From positions 1 to 64,000 of IMG/VR virus record IMGVR_UViG_3300036785_000296: a DNA stretch of 64,000 nucleotides; one strand, 5' to 3'. Position 1 is the first letter of the stretch. Each line of letters begins with the position of its first letter. The notes under the pieces are model-generated. The model did no database searches and was not told the origin of the DNA. It saw only the letters and a program-made list of their open reading frames with translations. The position numbers were made by a program, and so were the translations under genes. This document shows, one piece after another, positions 45,547-54,629 of the stretch. The DNA comes from a virus.

Positions 45547-46133
45547 GGCGCGGCTCCTCTCGGGGGACCATCGTAGCTCACGCTCACGGCCTCTGTCTTC
45601 ACCGTCACGTCGAGGGCGACGATGTCGCGGATCGGGTAGGTGCGGTTGATGATCCGCCGGATCGAGAACGGCAGCTCGCTGGTCTGCATCCAGCGGTTCT
45701 TGACCAGATCGCCGCCGCGCTGGAGCTGCCCGACGCTGACGAGCCCCATGCCGTTGGCGAAGAGGGGCTCGCGGTTCTGGGCGAGGCCCAGGCCGTCGCG
45801 CATCAGCGAGGCGTTCGCCTGACAGTGCGGCCCATAGAACGTCGTGGTGATGTCGAGCGTCTCATGCCGGGTGACGATGCTGACGCCGTCTTCCTCGTGC
45901 TCCTCGACCGCGTAGGTGTCGCCCTCGCGCATGCTGACGCCGACCGCCGCCCAGTCCACGCCCCACTCGGGGATGTTCGGCGGCTCCGGTTGCCAGCGCG
46001 GGTAGACGAGGTGGCCGGGCATTCCGGTGATCCCGACGACGAACGCCTGGAGGAAATCATCGAGCGCGTCGTCTTCCAGCGGGTCGCCCGCCAGGGGAAG
46101 CAACGGCCCGCCGGTGGATGAGTCAGCAGTCAT
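45543..46133 (-). CDS. Tail terminator/neck protein
   Basis: GITG.P..LV.PRWQ.EPP...FYGP. Confidence 0.8.
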   Translation of the reverse strand: MTADSSTGGPLLPLAGDPLEDDALDDFLQAFVVGITGMPGHLVYPRWQPEPPNIPEWGVDWAAVGVSMREGDTYAVEEHEEDGVSIVTRHETLDITTTFYGPHCQANASLMRDGLGLAQNREPLFANGMGLVSVGQLQRGGDLVKNRWMQTSELPFSIRRIINRTYPIRDIVALDVTVKTEAVSVSYDGPPRGAAP

Positions 46134-46554
46134 CGGCCGACCCGGAGCCGCTCGCCCACTGGTCCCAGCCGGTGCCGTCCGGCGGCTGGTCGAGGTGATC
46201 CATCGAGCTGCACTCGGCCTTCACGAAGCCCGCGCCGTAGTGGCTCCAGTTGTAGACCTTGTTCACCACGAACTGGGTGCCGTTCCAGAGGACGATGTCG
46301 GGCTGGAAGCCGGGGCTGATCCCGCGCACGCGGAACTTGGTGATGATCGCGATGAGCTGCGGCAGGTTCTGCTGGTCGGGCCCCCGGATCATCGGCTGGT
46401 CGGTCTGCGGCTGCACCGAGGCGATGATGGTGTGGACGGTGTTCGACGTGGTCATGCGACCGTTCTCGCCGATCACCTCCGCGCGGCGCAGCAGTTGGAT
46501 CGTCTCCACGAAGTCCGGATCGAGCAGAAGTTCGCTGACATCCACGTCAGGCAC
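46123..46554 (-). CDS. Head-closure/head-tail adaptor
   Basis: DVSELLLDPDF...W..YGAGF. Confidence 0.8.
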   Translation of the reverse strand: MPDVDVSELLLDPDFVETIQLLRRAEVIGENGRMTTSNTVHTIIASVQPQTDQPMIRGPDQQNLPQLIAIITKFRVRGISPGFQPDIVLWNGTQFVVNKVYNWSHYGAGFVKAECSSMDHLDQPPDGTGWDQWASGSGSADDC

Positions 46555-46852
46555 GGTCGGCGCTCCTCCAGTACGCGCGCATGGCCCTCGCCTTCTTCGC
46601 AAGGGCGTCAGGACTGTGCGTCTTGCCCCGGTGGGCCTGCCGCATCCGCTGCCTGTACTCCGGGTCCTGCCACTTCAGCTTCATGGCGGCCGACTGCGCC
46701 GGGTTGCCATGCAGCCGACGGTGTTCGGCCGATCTCGCCAGGGTGACGGGGCTCGGCACCCTGCCCGCCGTCACCCGCTTCAGGCCAGCGATCCGAGCGG
46801 CCCTGATCTCAGGGTCTTTCCAGCTTCGGCGAGTGCCTTCAGAGTGACCCAT
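46547..46852 (-). CDS. NUMOD3-like basic protein (nuclease-less homing endonuclease remnant)
   Basis: WKDPE/WQDPEYR repeats, GKTHSPD. Confidence 0.5.
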   Translation of the reverse strand: MGHSEGTRRSWKDPEIRAARIAGLKRVTAGRVPSPVTLARSAEHRRLHGNPAQSAAMKLKWQDPEYRQRMRQAHRGKTHSPDALAKKARAMRAYWRSADRA

Positions 46853-47674
46853 TCAGGACGCCAGCATCTCGCCGGAGGATTTAGCACCTTTCTGTCGGAC
46901 GGCGTAGGTGACCGAGTTCAGGAAGGTCCCGGTATTGATCAGGGGCTGGATGCCGTAGAGCCCCTGCGCCGCGCTCGGCGCCATGCCGCCTGCGACCGCC
47001 GCCATGTACTGGGTCTCGGACTTGCGCCGACGCCGAGCCTTGCGCTGCCGGAAGCGCGCGGCGACCGTCGAGGCCGCCAGCGGCGTGAAGGCGGCGGTCT
47101 TGATGTACTTCTTCACCGCGTCCCGAGCGATGGCGCCGACCCGCGCGTGCGCGCCGTGGATCGGCTGCGGATTGAAGGTGCGGAGCGAGCGCCGGGTCGC
47201 CTCAAGGTAGACGTTCAGCACCTCCTTGCGGGCGCTCATGATCCCAGGCGCCAGCCACGGGCGGGCCGGGATGTTCGCTGCCGGCGATCCCTTCTCCATG
47301 ATGAGGCCGATGGTGGCGTTGTTGATCGGGCCGCCGTCCTGGCGCTGCGCGGTGTCGGCGGCGACCCCGACCAGCACCTGCTCCCTGGTGAACTCCTTCA
47401 GCGCCTTCAGGAGGTCGTTCAGCCTGTCAGCCGTCTTGGTGACGGTGACGTGCGGGGTCTTGCTCTGTTGCTCACCCTGGCCCTTGCGCCGCTGCGCCCG
47501 CTTGCTGACCTCCTCGTCGGCCTCGCCTTCGGCGGCGCCCTCGTCCATCCCTTCGGCGGCGCCAGCGGCTCCTTCCGCAGCAGCCTCACCGCCAGCAGCA
47601 GCAGCCTCGCCGCCTGCCGCCGCAGCCTCGCCAACGCCCGCAAACAGCTCGGGGATCGCCGCGAGGAACGCCAT
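46853..47674 (-). CDS. Neck/tail completion protein
   Basis: VLVGV...G.P..NIPARPWL...PLINTG..LNSVTY. Confidence 0.8.
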   Translation of the reverse strand: MAFLAAIPELFAGVGEAAAAGGEAAAAGGEAAAEGAAGAAEGMDEGAAEGEADEEVSKRAQRRKGQGEQQSKTPHVTVTKTADRLNDLLKALKEFTREQVLVGVAADTAQRQDGGPINNATIGLIMEKGSPAANIPARPWLAPGIMSARKEVLNVYLEATRRSLRTFNPQPIHGAHARVGAIARDAVKKYIKTAAFTPLAASTVAARFRQRKARRRRKSETQYMAAVAGGMAPSAAQGLYGIQPLINTGTFLNSVTYAVRQKGAKSSGEMLAS

Positions 47675-48111
47675 CAGAGTTGGATCGCGCCAGCCCCGAA
47701 GAGCTGCGCGAAGTGATACCAGCGCCGCCCGTAGATCGTGCCGTTGAGCGCGCCCGCGCCCTCCTCAATCGCCGACTGCACCGCGTAGCTGATCGAGACC
47801 TCGCTCACCGACTTGGACTGCACCGGGCCGCCGATCTGGCCAGGATTGCCGCCCGCCACGCCGTGCTTCAGCGACTGCGCCTCTTCGGTGATGAAGTGCG
47901 CGGCCAGCAGCTCGATGCCGAGCGGCAGCAAGTCCTTCCAGACGCACGGGTTGTTCAGCCGCTGCGACACCGCCAGCCAGTAGTTGAGCGTGCCGTTGGT
48001 GTAGACCGAGGTGTCGGCGAACTCGGGGAAGTCCTTGCGGAACTGCTTGGGCGTCACCGGCGCGTAGAGGACCGTCGTGTCGAACGGGACCGGGAAGTAG
48101 ACTTGGCTCAA
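47674..48111 (-). CDS. Head-tail connector (DUF4054)
   Basis: FRKDFPEF...ELLAAH...[11 protein letters not shown]...T.YG. Confidence 0.88.
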   Translation of the reverse strand: MSQVYFPVPFDTTVLYAPVTPKQFRKDFPEFADTSVYTNGTLNYWLAVSQRLNNPCVWKDLLPLGIELLAAHFITEEAQSLKHGVAGGNPGQIGGPVQSKSVSEVSISYAVQSAIEEGAGALNGTIYGRRWYHFAQLFGAGAIQL

Positions 48112-48395
48112 GGCACGCGCCCCCGGCCCACGCGCTTCAGCGCATCGAGCGAGGCCACCTCCTTGTAGGGCTTCTGCGTGGGCCGCTCAGGGCCGGTCGG
48201 GCTCGGATCGGCCTTCGGCTCGTTGCCGCCGAGGATCGTGTCCAGCGACTGCGGGTCGGTGAGGATCACATCGCCGGTCTCGCGCGCGTTCGAGAGCGCG
48301 GCGGCGACCGCTTGCTTCTGCGGATGACCGCTCTTCACCATCTCGCTGATGTTCGAGGACACTGTCTCCTTGGAGGAGCCGGGCTCTAGCGGCAT
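48108..48395 (-). CDS. Conserved small phage protein
   Basis: [34 protein letters not shown]. Confidence 0.7.
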   Translation of the reverse strand: MPLEPGSSKETVSSNISEMVKSGHPQKQAVAAALSNARETGDVILTDPQSLDTILGGNEPKADPSPTGPERPTQKPYKEVASLDALKRVGRGRVP

Positions 48396-48907
48396 GGCAG
48401 CGCCTCTTCTTCCCTGACGCGCCGCACATGATAGCGGACCTCGTCAGCGAACCGCCAGGGGGCGATGCCTCGCTGGTTCAGGTTCCGAAGGTGGAAGTAG
48501 AGCGCCTCGCGGAAGTGCCAGAGCCACGCCGGGACAGGGTTGCCGTGCCCGAACGCCTTGCGGCCGGTCAGAGCGACGGCTGCGCGGTTCTCGGCCGCGA
48601 GCGCCAGGACGGCGTCGCACTGCGCCTGCTTGAGGACGAGGTGATCACGGACTGTTTCAAGCAGTGAGATCGCTTGGTTGCTCGCCACGGTCCAGTGCTC
48701 GACATCCTTGCAGTCGCGATGCAGGCGGGAGTGATACTGGACGTGGCCTACCCCAGTCACATCTGACAGCCAGCGGCTGAGCGCAGGGTTGGTGTTCGCC
48801 ACCTTCACGACTGGGAAGACGTAGCCCCCCGTCCGCTGGAGCATGATCGAGCCTTCACCGTCGATGATCCCGGCCAGATAGCCCTTCTGGCTCTGGGTGA
48901 GGGGCAT
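48386..48907 (-). CDS. LAGLIDADG homing endonuclease (single motif)
   Basis: [12 protein letters not shown]...HLVLKQAQ. Confidence 0.85.
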   Translation of the reverse strand: MPLTQSQKGYLAGIIDGEGSIMLQRTGGYVFPVVKVANTNPALSRWLSDVTGVGHVQYHSRLHRDCKDVEHWTVASNQAISLLETVRDHLVLKQAQCDAVLALAAENRAAVALTGRKAFGHGNPVPAWLWHFREALYFHLRNLNQRGIAPWRFADEVRYHVRRVREEEALPCR

Positions 48908-49374
48908 CAGGTGTGGCGACGGCTCGTCCTGGCCGTCTTGTCGGCGTCGGACTCGGGCTCGTGCGGCCCAGGCGCAGCGCCGTGCGGCGGCGGCGTGACC
49001 TTCGTGGCGGGATCGGGGTTCGGCGGCTCCTTGCCGCTCGCTTTGGCCTCCTCCTCGGCCTCGTCCGCCTGCACCTCCATCGCGTCGGCGAGCGCCGCAG
49101 CTTCGTCCGCCCTGGTCCGCTGGGCGTCGGCGGCAGCGCGGAGCTGCTCGGCGTAGGCCTTCGGGTCGAGCTGACCCTGGACCGAGTTGGCCTTGGTGAA
49201 CCAGTGCGCCGCGACCTCGTCGGGGAGCTGCTGGATGCCAGCCTCGACGGCTACGACGCGCGGCCCGGCGGCCTGGGCGCGGTTGGCGTAGTCCGTGTCG
49301 TTCTCGCCTTCGTTGCGCGGCACTTGGCCGAGGTTCAGCGTGAACGGCCGAACGATGTTGACGGTCTTCGTCAT
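48907..49374 (-). CDS. Phage-associated protein after capsid gene
   Basis: V.RPFTLNL...AG...PDEVA.HWF. Confidence 0.75.
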   Translation of the reverse strand: MTKTVNIVRPFTLNLGQVPRNEGENDTDYANRAQAAGPRVVAVEAGIQQLPDEVAAHWFTKANSVQGQLDPKAYAEQLRAAADAQRTRADEAAALADAMEVQADEAEEEAKASGKEPPNPDPATKVTPPPHGAAPGPHEPESDADKTARTSRRHT

Positions 49375-49994
49375 GCTTCAATCTCCGTGCCCCAACGCTT
49401 GGCGTTCAGCGCGGCGGCGTTCCTCTTGGCCGCCGCCCGCACCCTCGCTTTCCATTCTGGCGTCCAAGGGCGGGGCTTGCCCTTTTTCGCCCGGCTGAGC
49501 TTCGCACGCGCTTCTGGCGTCGGCGAACGTCCTGGCAGGCCGCGCCTCGCCGTCATCCCCAGCCGGTACGCGGCCGAGGCGCGGACGCCTGCGGCGATCT
49601 TCGCTTTGGTCTCCACGCTATGCGGGACGCCCAGGCGGCGCTGGTTCCCTTTCAGGCCCGCCGAGACCTTGGCGCTGATCCGGCCACGCACCTCCAGCGA
49701 TGGATCGATCAGGCCTTCGCCGCCCGCCGTCCCGTTCACCAAGCCGTCGAACGACGCGATCCAGAACCGCTCACGCTCGTGCCAGTCGTCGCCCTCGCTC
49801 AACGTCTCCAGCACCACGAGCCCCGGCCTGCGCCCTTCAACGGCCAGCTTCGCGATCCACTTGTGACGGTGGCACTTCAGCTTGCGCGCCTCGCACACAT
49901 GCTCTCTGAGCCGCCGCTCTGCGTCTTTGGTCGTATAGCCCACGTAGCGGACCACGTCGGGCTCGGCAGGGTCAAAGAGGCCGTAGATGAACAT
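49371..49994 (-). CDS. GIY-YIG homing endonuclease with NUMOD3 repeats
   Basis: FIYGL...RYVG...R...H...ERFWI...N...GGEG; HSVETKAKI. Confidence 0.88.
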   Translation of the reverse strand: MFIYGLFDPAEPDVVRYVGYTTKDAERRLREHVCEARKLKCHRHKWIAKLAVEGRRPGLVVLETLSEGDDWHERERFWIASFDGLVNGTAGGEGLIDPSLEVRGRISAKVSAGLKGNQRRLGVPHSVETKAKIAAGVRASAAYRLGMTARRGLPGRSPTPEARAKLSRAKKGKPRPWTPEWKARVRAAAKRNAAALNAKRWGTEIEA

Positions 49995-50017
49995 GAACTT
50001 ATCGCGCTAAGTCCTTG

Positions 50018-51115
50018 TTACAGACCGTCAAAATATTGGGCTGTCTCGGGATAGACGAACTCGACCACCCCCAGGCGGCCGAAATACGTGGTCGTCTGGA
50101 AGATGGCCCGGTACTCCAGCGGGGTGCGCTGGAGCGGGGTCATCGGGTAGCGGACCCGCAGCGGGTCCTTCGTGTAGACCACCATCCGGTCCACGGTCCC
50201 CAGCACGCCAGGGGTGCCGCCAGCGCCGCGCCCGATCAGCCACTTCAGCGGGCTGATCCGCAGCTTGCCGCCCGACTGCGTGGTGATGTTGTTTTCGAGC
50301 ACGTACTTCAGCGTGCTGATGTTGCCCGCCGTCGACACCTTCTGGCTGACGATGAAGCCGAACTGAGCGGGCGGGATCAGCACATCGGCGGGCGGCACGG
50401 CCCACGCGCTGTTCTGCCAGACCGTGGTCAGCGCCGTATTGAAGTCCGCCAGGATGTCGTCCGGCGTCTTGGTCGACCAGTGCGGCGAGCCGCTCGACGC
50501 ACCGTTCGCGAGGTTGTTGGCGCCGATGACGTTCGAGTTGCAGAGGCCGAAGTACCCGAGGTCGGTGTCGCCCGTGTACACCATCTCGTCGGTGTCCATC
50601 TGGTGCTTGAGCTTCAGGCCCTCGTACTTCTGGGCGTCGACCGGGCGGCCGAGCTTCTGCGCGCTCTCCAGCTCGGGGATCGTGTAGCTGACCTGTTCGC
50701 CCCAGAGGGTCAGCGGGTAGGCGGTCTTCGAGATATCGAGCTGCATGGCCGCGATGGCGTTCGCGTCCTTGCCGATCCACGACTTGCCTGCGGGCTTGAC
50801 GCCGCCGGTCGAGGCGAAGGTCGAGTTCGTGAACGAGCTGACCTCGTCGGCGATGGTCACGTCCTCGCGAAGGTCGATGTCACGGGACCATGACACCGAC
50901 ACCAGGGGCTCGTGCAGCGTCTGGTCGAGGCGCTCAAGCTCGCCGACGAGGAACGCGCCCGTCGAGTCGATGGTGCGCGCATCGAACGTCATCAGGTTGT
51001 CGCGCGTGCGCGCCCGGATGATCGCGGGCTTCTTCGGGACCCAGAGACCGCCGCCGAGACCCGGCAACAGGGGGCTCGCTGCCTCGAAGTGGCTGGCCGG
51101 TTCGTGAAGCATCAC
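50018..51115 (-). CDS. Major capsid protein (DUF2184)
   Basis: GAFLVGELERLD..L.EPL....WSRDI.LRED; EL..AQKLGRPVD.QK. Confidence 0.93.
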   Translation of the reverse strand: MMLHEPASHFEAASPLLPGLGGGLWVPKKPAIIRARTRDNLMTFDARTIDSTGAFLVGELERLDQTLHEPLVSVSWSRDIDLREDVTIADEVSSFTNSTFASTGGVKPAGKSWIGKDANAIAAMQLDISKTAYPLTLWGEQVSYTIPELESAQKLGRPVDAQKYEGLKLKHQMDTDEMVYTGDTDLGYFGLCNSNVIGANNLANGASSGSPHWSTKTPDDILADFNTALTTVWQNSAWAVPPADVLIPPAQFGFIVSQKVSTAGNISTLKYVLENNITTQSGGKLRISPLKWLIGRGAGGTPGVLGTVDRMVVYTKDPLRVRYPMTPLQRTPLEYRAIFQTTTYFGRLGVVEFVYPETAQYFDGL

Positions 51116-51121
51116 GCCCTC

Positions 51122-51661
51122 CTAGATGTTGTACATGATCTCGACTTGACCCTGGATCGTGGGCGGGCCAGCCGAGGAGTTGGTGGCGTCCGCCGGGCCG
51201 GTGAAGTAGCAGCCGGGGATCGCCGCGCCGTTCGCCGCGATGGACGCATCGCCCAGGTCGCCGACCGCCGAGCCAGCGGTCGCGGTCAGGCAGACCCAGA
51301 CGGGAGCGTCCTTGACCGCAGAGCCGAAGCCCATCTGGACCGTGAAGTAGCCGCGCCGGGCCCGGTCGCCGATGGTCCCGAACTGGGTCATGGGCGCGCC
51401 GGTCAGGAACGCCGCCCCCGGCCAGGAACTCGACTGGATCGGGAACGGGCGGACCAGCAGGCCGGTGATCAGCGAGACGGTGTCGGCAGCGGCCAGCGGC
51501 ACGAACAGGCCCGCCACGGTCTTGCCGAACCTGCCGTAGGCCGTGAACGGGTTGGCCGGGTTGAGCGCGACCGGCTCGATGGTCGCTTGGTCCGGGCGGT
51601 TGATCGCGCCGGGGATGCCTGCCGGCATCCGGTACATGTAGGCGTTGCCGAGAGCGGCCAT
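51122..51661 (-). CDS. Capsid cement/decoration protein
   Basis: YRMPAGIPG...GLLVRPFP...RRGY; between protease and capsid genes. Confidence 0.85.
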   Translation of the reverse strand: MAALGNAYMYRMPAGIPGAINRPDQATIEPVALNPANPFTAYGRFGKTVAGLFVPLAAADTVSLITGLLVRPFPIQSSSWPGAAFLTGAPMTQFGTIGDRARRGYFTVQMGFGSAVKDAPVWVCLTATAGSAVGDLGDASIAANGAAIPGCYFTGPADATNSSAGPPTIQGQVEIMYNI

Positions 51662-51670
51662 GTTGGTCTC

Positions 51671-53254
51671 CTAAACCCGGTCCTTCCAGAACTCGCGATT
51701 TCGCTTGTTCAGCTCCGCGTTGCTCGGCGGCCCCCTGTCGCCCGGCCGGGGCAGGCGATCATAGGTGGCGGCGCCGGAGATCACGCCATTGTTCCGCATG
51801 GCCGACATCGCCGCGACGGCGTTGAAGGCGGTCGTGATGGCGTCGCACGTCAGGCCGACGAGGTTCGGGCTCTCGCCCAGCACCCGGCGGACGATCTCCG
51901 ACTTGACGTCGTCGGTGCGGAGCGCCTTGGCCAGCACGCGGCGCCGCAGCAGGCACGTCCCGTTCACCGCGTCGGCCGCGTCGTAGGTCGGCATCCGCGT
52001 GCCGGGGCAGATAATCTCGGCCTTGGCGACGGTGTCGCGGAAGTCAGCCAGCAGCTCGGCCGAGTCCATCACCTTGCCGCCGAACGGCCCCTTGCCCAGG
52101 CCCTTGTCCTTCTCGTCCTTCTGGGCCTTCGCGCCGAACGGCCCCTTGCCGAGCGCGTCGGTGGTGTCCTTGGGCTCCTTGCGGCCTTCCTCGCCCTCCT
52201 GATCCACCTTGGTCAGCTCGGCCTCGTTGGGCTCGCTGTCCTTCGCGGGCGTCCCGTCCGGCTCCTTCTCAAGCTCGGCCGGATCGAGCTGCTGCACCGC
52301 GCCTCCCTCGTCGTGCTCGCCGTTGCCCTCGCCCGCGCCCGCGCCGCCGCCGAGCTTGGCGAGCGCCGCCTCGACCTTGTCGAAGCGCGCGTTGTTCTGC
52401 GCGACGTGCTGCTGGAACCACGGGGGCGTGTCTTCGTGGGCCTCGCCCGTGGGCTGATCCTTGCTCTCGACCGGCCCGGCCGCGCCCTCCGGCCCAGCGC
52501 CCGCGCCGTTGGGCTTCTCGGCGCCGCCAGGGAGATGGATGTGGATGTGCTGGTCGCTGTCTTCCCGCTCTTCAGGCGGGGTCTCGCTGGTCGGGTCCAG
52601 CGTCCGCAGCGCGCTCTCCACACCCGCCTCGTCGCGGGCCCGCACCATCCGCATGATCCGGTCGGTGAGGCTGTCGCCATGCCCTCGTGCCATGTCAGCG
52701 TCTCCTATGGCGCACCGGGGACCACAGCGCCCGTGATCCACCAGCGCGACGTGATTGTAGATGATGTTCCGCTGACGCGCCTGCCCCGGTTCGGTCTGCT
52801 CGTAGCTCGCGTCGTAGCCGCAGCTCACTTCCTTCTTGCCGCGCCGGACAGCGTCGATCCCTGCCTGCTTGGTGACCAAGAAATCGGCGAGGAGCATCTG
52901 ATCCATCGGCCCCTCGCCCCGGCGAGGGTTTAGGACCACCCCGACCGTGTGGTCGCTCCAGTTGCCGGGATGCACATCCTCTTCAGGGTGATCGTCCACG
53001 ATGGACTTGCCGTTCAGGCTGGCGATGGTCTCCGGCCGGAAGACCTCGTCGGCGTCGCGGTAGGCGGTGATGATCCCGTCCGGCCCAGGCGTGAGGTAGT
53101 TGCCCTCGTCGTCCTGAAGCTCGCCCGGCGCGTAGAACATCGAGCCGGTCCTGGCGACGGGCACGCCCTCGCAATAGAGGAAGCCCTCCGGGGTCATCGA
53201 CTGGGTCAGACCGACCGTGTCCGTCGTGTAGACCTCGCGGTCGAACGATCTCAC
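51671..53254 (-). CDS. Prohead protease/scaffold (DUF2213)
   Basis: TPEGFL...VARTG...EVSCGYDA...NHVALVDHGRCGPRCAIGD. Confidence 0.93.
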   Translation of the reverse strand: MRSFDREVYTTDTVGLTQSMTPEGFLYCEGVPVARTGSMFYAPGELQDDEGNYLTPGPDGIITAYRDADEVFRPETIASLNGKSIVDDHPEEDVHPGNWSDHTVGVVLNPRRGEGPMDQMLLADFLVTKQAGIDAVRRGKKEVSCGYDASYEQTEPGQARQRNIIYNHVALVDHGRCGPRCAIGDADMARGHGDSLTDRIMRMVRARDEAGVESALRTLDPTSETPPEEREDSDQHIHIHLPGGAEKPNGAGAGPEGAAGPVESKDQPTGEAHEDTPPWFQQHVAQNNARFDKVEAALAKLGGGAGAGEGNGEHDEGGAVQQLDPAELEKEPDGTPAKDSEPNEAELTKVDQEGEEGRKEPKDTTDALGKGPFGAKAQKDEKDKGLGKGPFGGKVMDSAELLADFRDTVAKAEIICPGTRMPTYDAADAVNGTCLLRRRVLAKALRTDDVKSEIVRRVLGESPNLVGLTCDAITTAFNAVAAMSAMRNNGVISGAATYDRLPRPGDRGPPSNAELNKRNREFWKDRV

Positions 53255-53847
53255 GGCGCCGCCCTTTCCCGCGCTCGGCGCAGAAGCTGCACCTCCGACA
53301 TCCGCGCCAGCGTCTCAGCCGTGTGCTGCTTCGGCCCCCTATGCGGGTAGCGCTTGATCGCCAGTCCCAGCTTCCTCCGGTGTTCGTCGCTGCGGGCAGG
53401 CAGTTTCTGGCCCCGCTTCGACGCGCTGATCCTCGCTCGGGTCTCGGCCGAGACGAACCGCCCGGTCTGGGCCGCGCGCACGCGCTCCTTGCCCTCTGGC
53501 GACATCGGGTTGGCCTGCTTGCCTGCTCTGATCCTGGCCCGCCCGGCCTCATCGAACTTGTAGCCTGCCGCTCCCCCGCCACCGTCTGTGAGGTTGTAGC
53601 CCGCTGGCTCTCGGCACCCGTGGTAGGCGATCCAGAAGCGCTCGCGCTCATCGAGCTGTGCCTGCGTGTCGCATCGCTCGATCTCGGCTACCGAGAAGGC
53701 ATCGGCGCCGTGCTTGCGGATGGCGCGGCCGATCATCCACTTCGACTTCGCGTGGCGCGCGAACCGGGGCGCGAGCCCCTCGCGGGTCTGGCCGACATAC
53801 TTCCGCCCGTCGATCAGGTTCGTGATCAGGTAGACGACAGCGACCAT
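53251..53847 (-). CDS. GIY-YIG homing endonuclease with NUMOD3 repeats
   Basis: VYLITN...YVGQT...ERFWI...GYNLTDGG; SAETRARIS. Confidence 0.9.
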   Translation of the reverse strand: MVAVVYLITNLIDGRKYVGQTREGLAPRFARHAKSKWMIGRAIRKHGADAFSVAEIERCDTQAQLDERERFWIAYHGCREPAGYNLTDGGGGAAGYKFDEAGRARIRAGKQANPMSPEGKERVRAAQTGRFVSAETRARISASKRGQKLPARSDEHRRKLGLAIKRYPHRGPKQHTAETLARMSEVQLLRRARERAAP

Positions 53848-53859
53848 GATCGCGCGCCT

Positions 53860-54627
53860 CTATCCGAAGACCGCGCGCGAGCCAAGCCGGGGCCACACGG
53901 GGCGGGGGTGGCAGCGGCAGTTGGCGAACCGGCCCGCGTGCGCCGTGTAGCCCTGGATCGTCGGCGGATCGTCCCAGCGCACGAACTTGCCCTGCATCGC
54001 CCGATGCTCCGGCCGCACCGCCCCGTCCTCCATGGTTTCCCAGTAATATCCCTCCGAGCCGGCGCTCCTGGCGCGCACCTCCACCATGCTCGACGCCGTA
54101 CTGCTGACCATCGTCCTGGCCAGCATCGTGGCGTGCGAGCGGCTGACCTCGCCCGAGCGCATGATCTCATCGATGTAGACGGTCGAGCGTTGCGGGTCCG
54201 ACAGGCCCTGTTGCACGATGAAGCTGATCCGTTGCGCCGCCTCCTGTGGGATGGACCTGATCTGCCGGGCGTTCTCCTCAACCAGCCGCGTCAGCCACTC
54301 GCCGACCGGCACGTTCCGCAGCTCGCGCTTGATCTCGTCGCTGATCTCGCCCGCCTGCTGCATCCAGGCCCGCGCCTCCTTGCCCTTGACCTCCGCCGCC
54401 ATCCGCGTCGCGGTGCTATCCGCCCACGGGCCCACCGCCTCCTCCAGCCGCGCCAGCGCTTCGGTGATCTGCGGGACGTTGGCCGGGTTCAGCGGATCGT
54501 CAGGATGCGCGCGGACCCAGGCCTTGATCAGCTCGCCAGAGATGTTGCTGAGCTTGCGGAGCTGCGCGCCGACGAAGGCCTCATGGCGCCGGACCTTCAC
54601 CAGATAGTCAGGCCGCTTGCGCGCCAC
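53860..54627 (-). CDS. Head morphogenesis protein (SPP1 gp7/MuF)
   Basis: LART...Y.WET..DG.VR..H...G....WD.PP...NCRC. Confidence 0.9.
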   Translation of the reverse strand: MARKRPDYLVKVRRHEAFVGAQLRKLSNISGELIKAWVRAHPDDPLNPANVPQITEALARLEEAVGPWADSTATRMAAEVKGKEARAWMQQAGEISDEIKRELRNVPVGEWLTRLVEENARQIRSIPQEAAQRISFIVQQGLSDPQRSTVYIDEIMRSGEVSRSHATMLARTMVSSTASSMVEVRARSAGSEGYYWETMEDGAVRPEHRAMQGKFVRWDDPPTIQGYTAHAGRFANCRCHPRPVWPRLGSRAVFG

Positions 54628-54629
54628 CT

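Noticed and set aside
52076-52153. LGKGPFG duplication in the DUF2213 scaffold region
   Set aside because: Short local duplication in a disordered linker with no evidence of separate function
48386-53847. Group I introns or inteins around the homing endonucleases
   Set aside because: Flanking genes appear complete and there is no non-coding space for a ribozyme core
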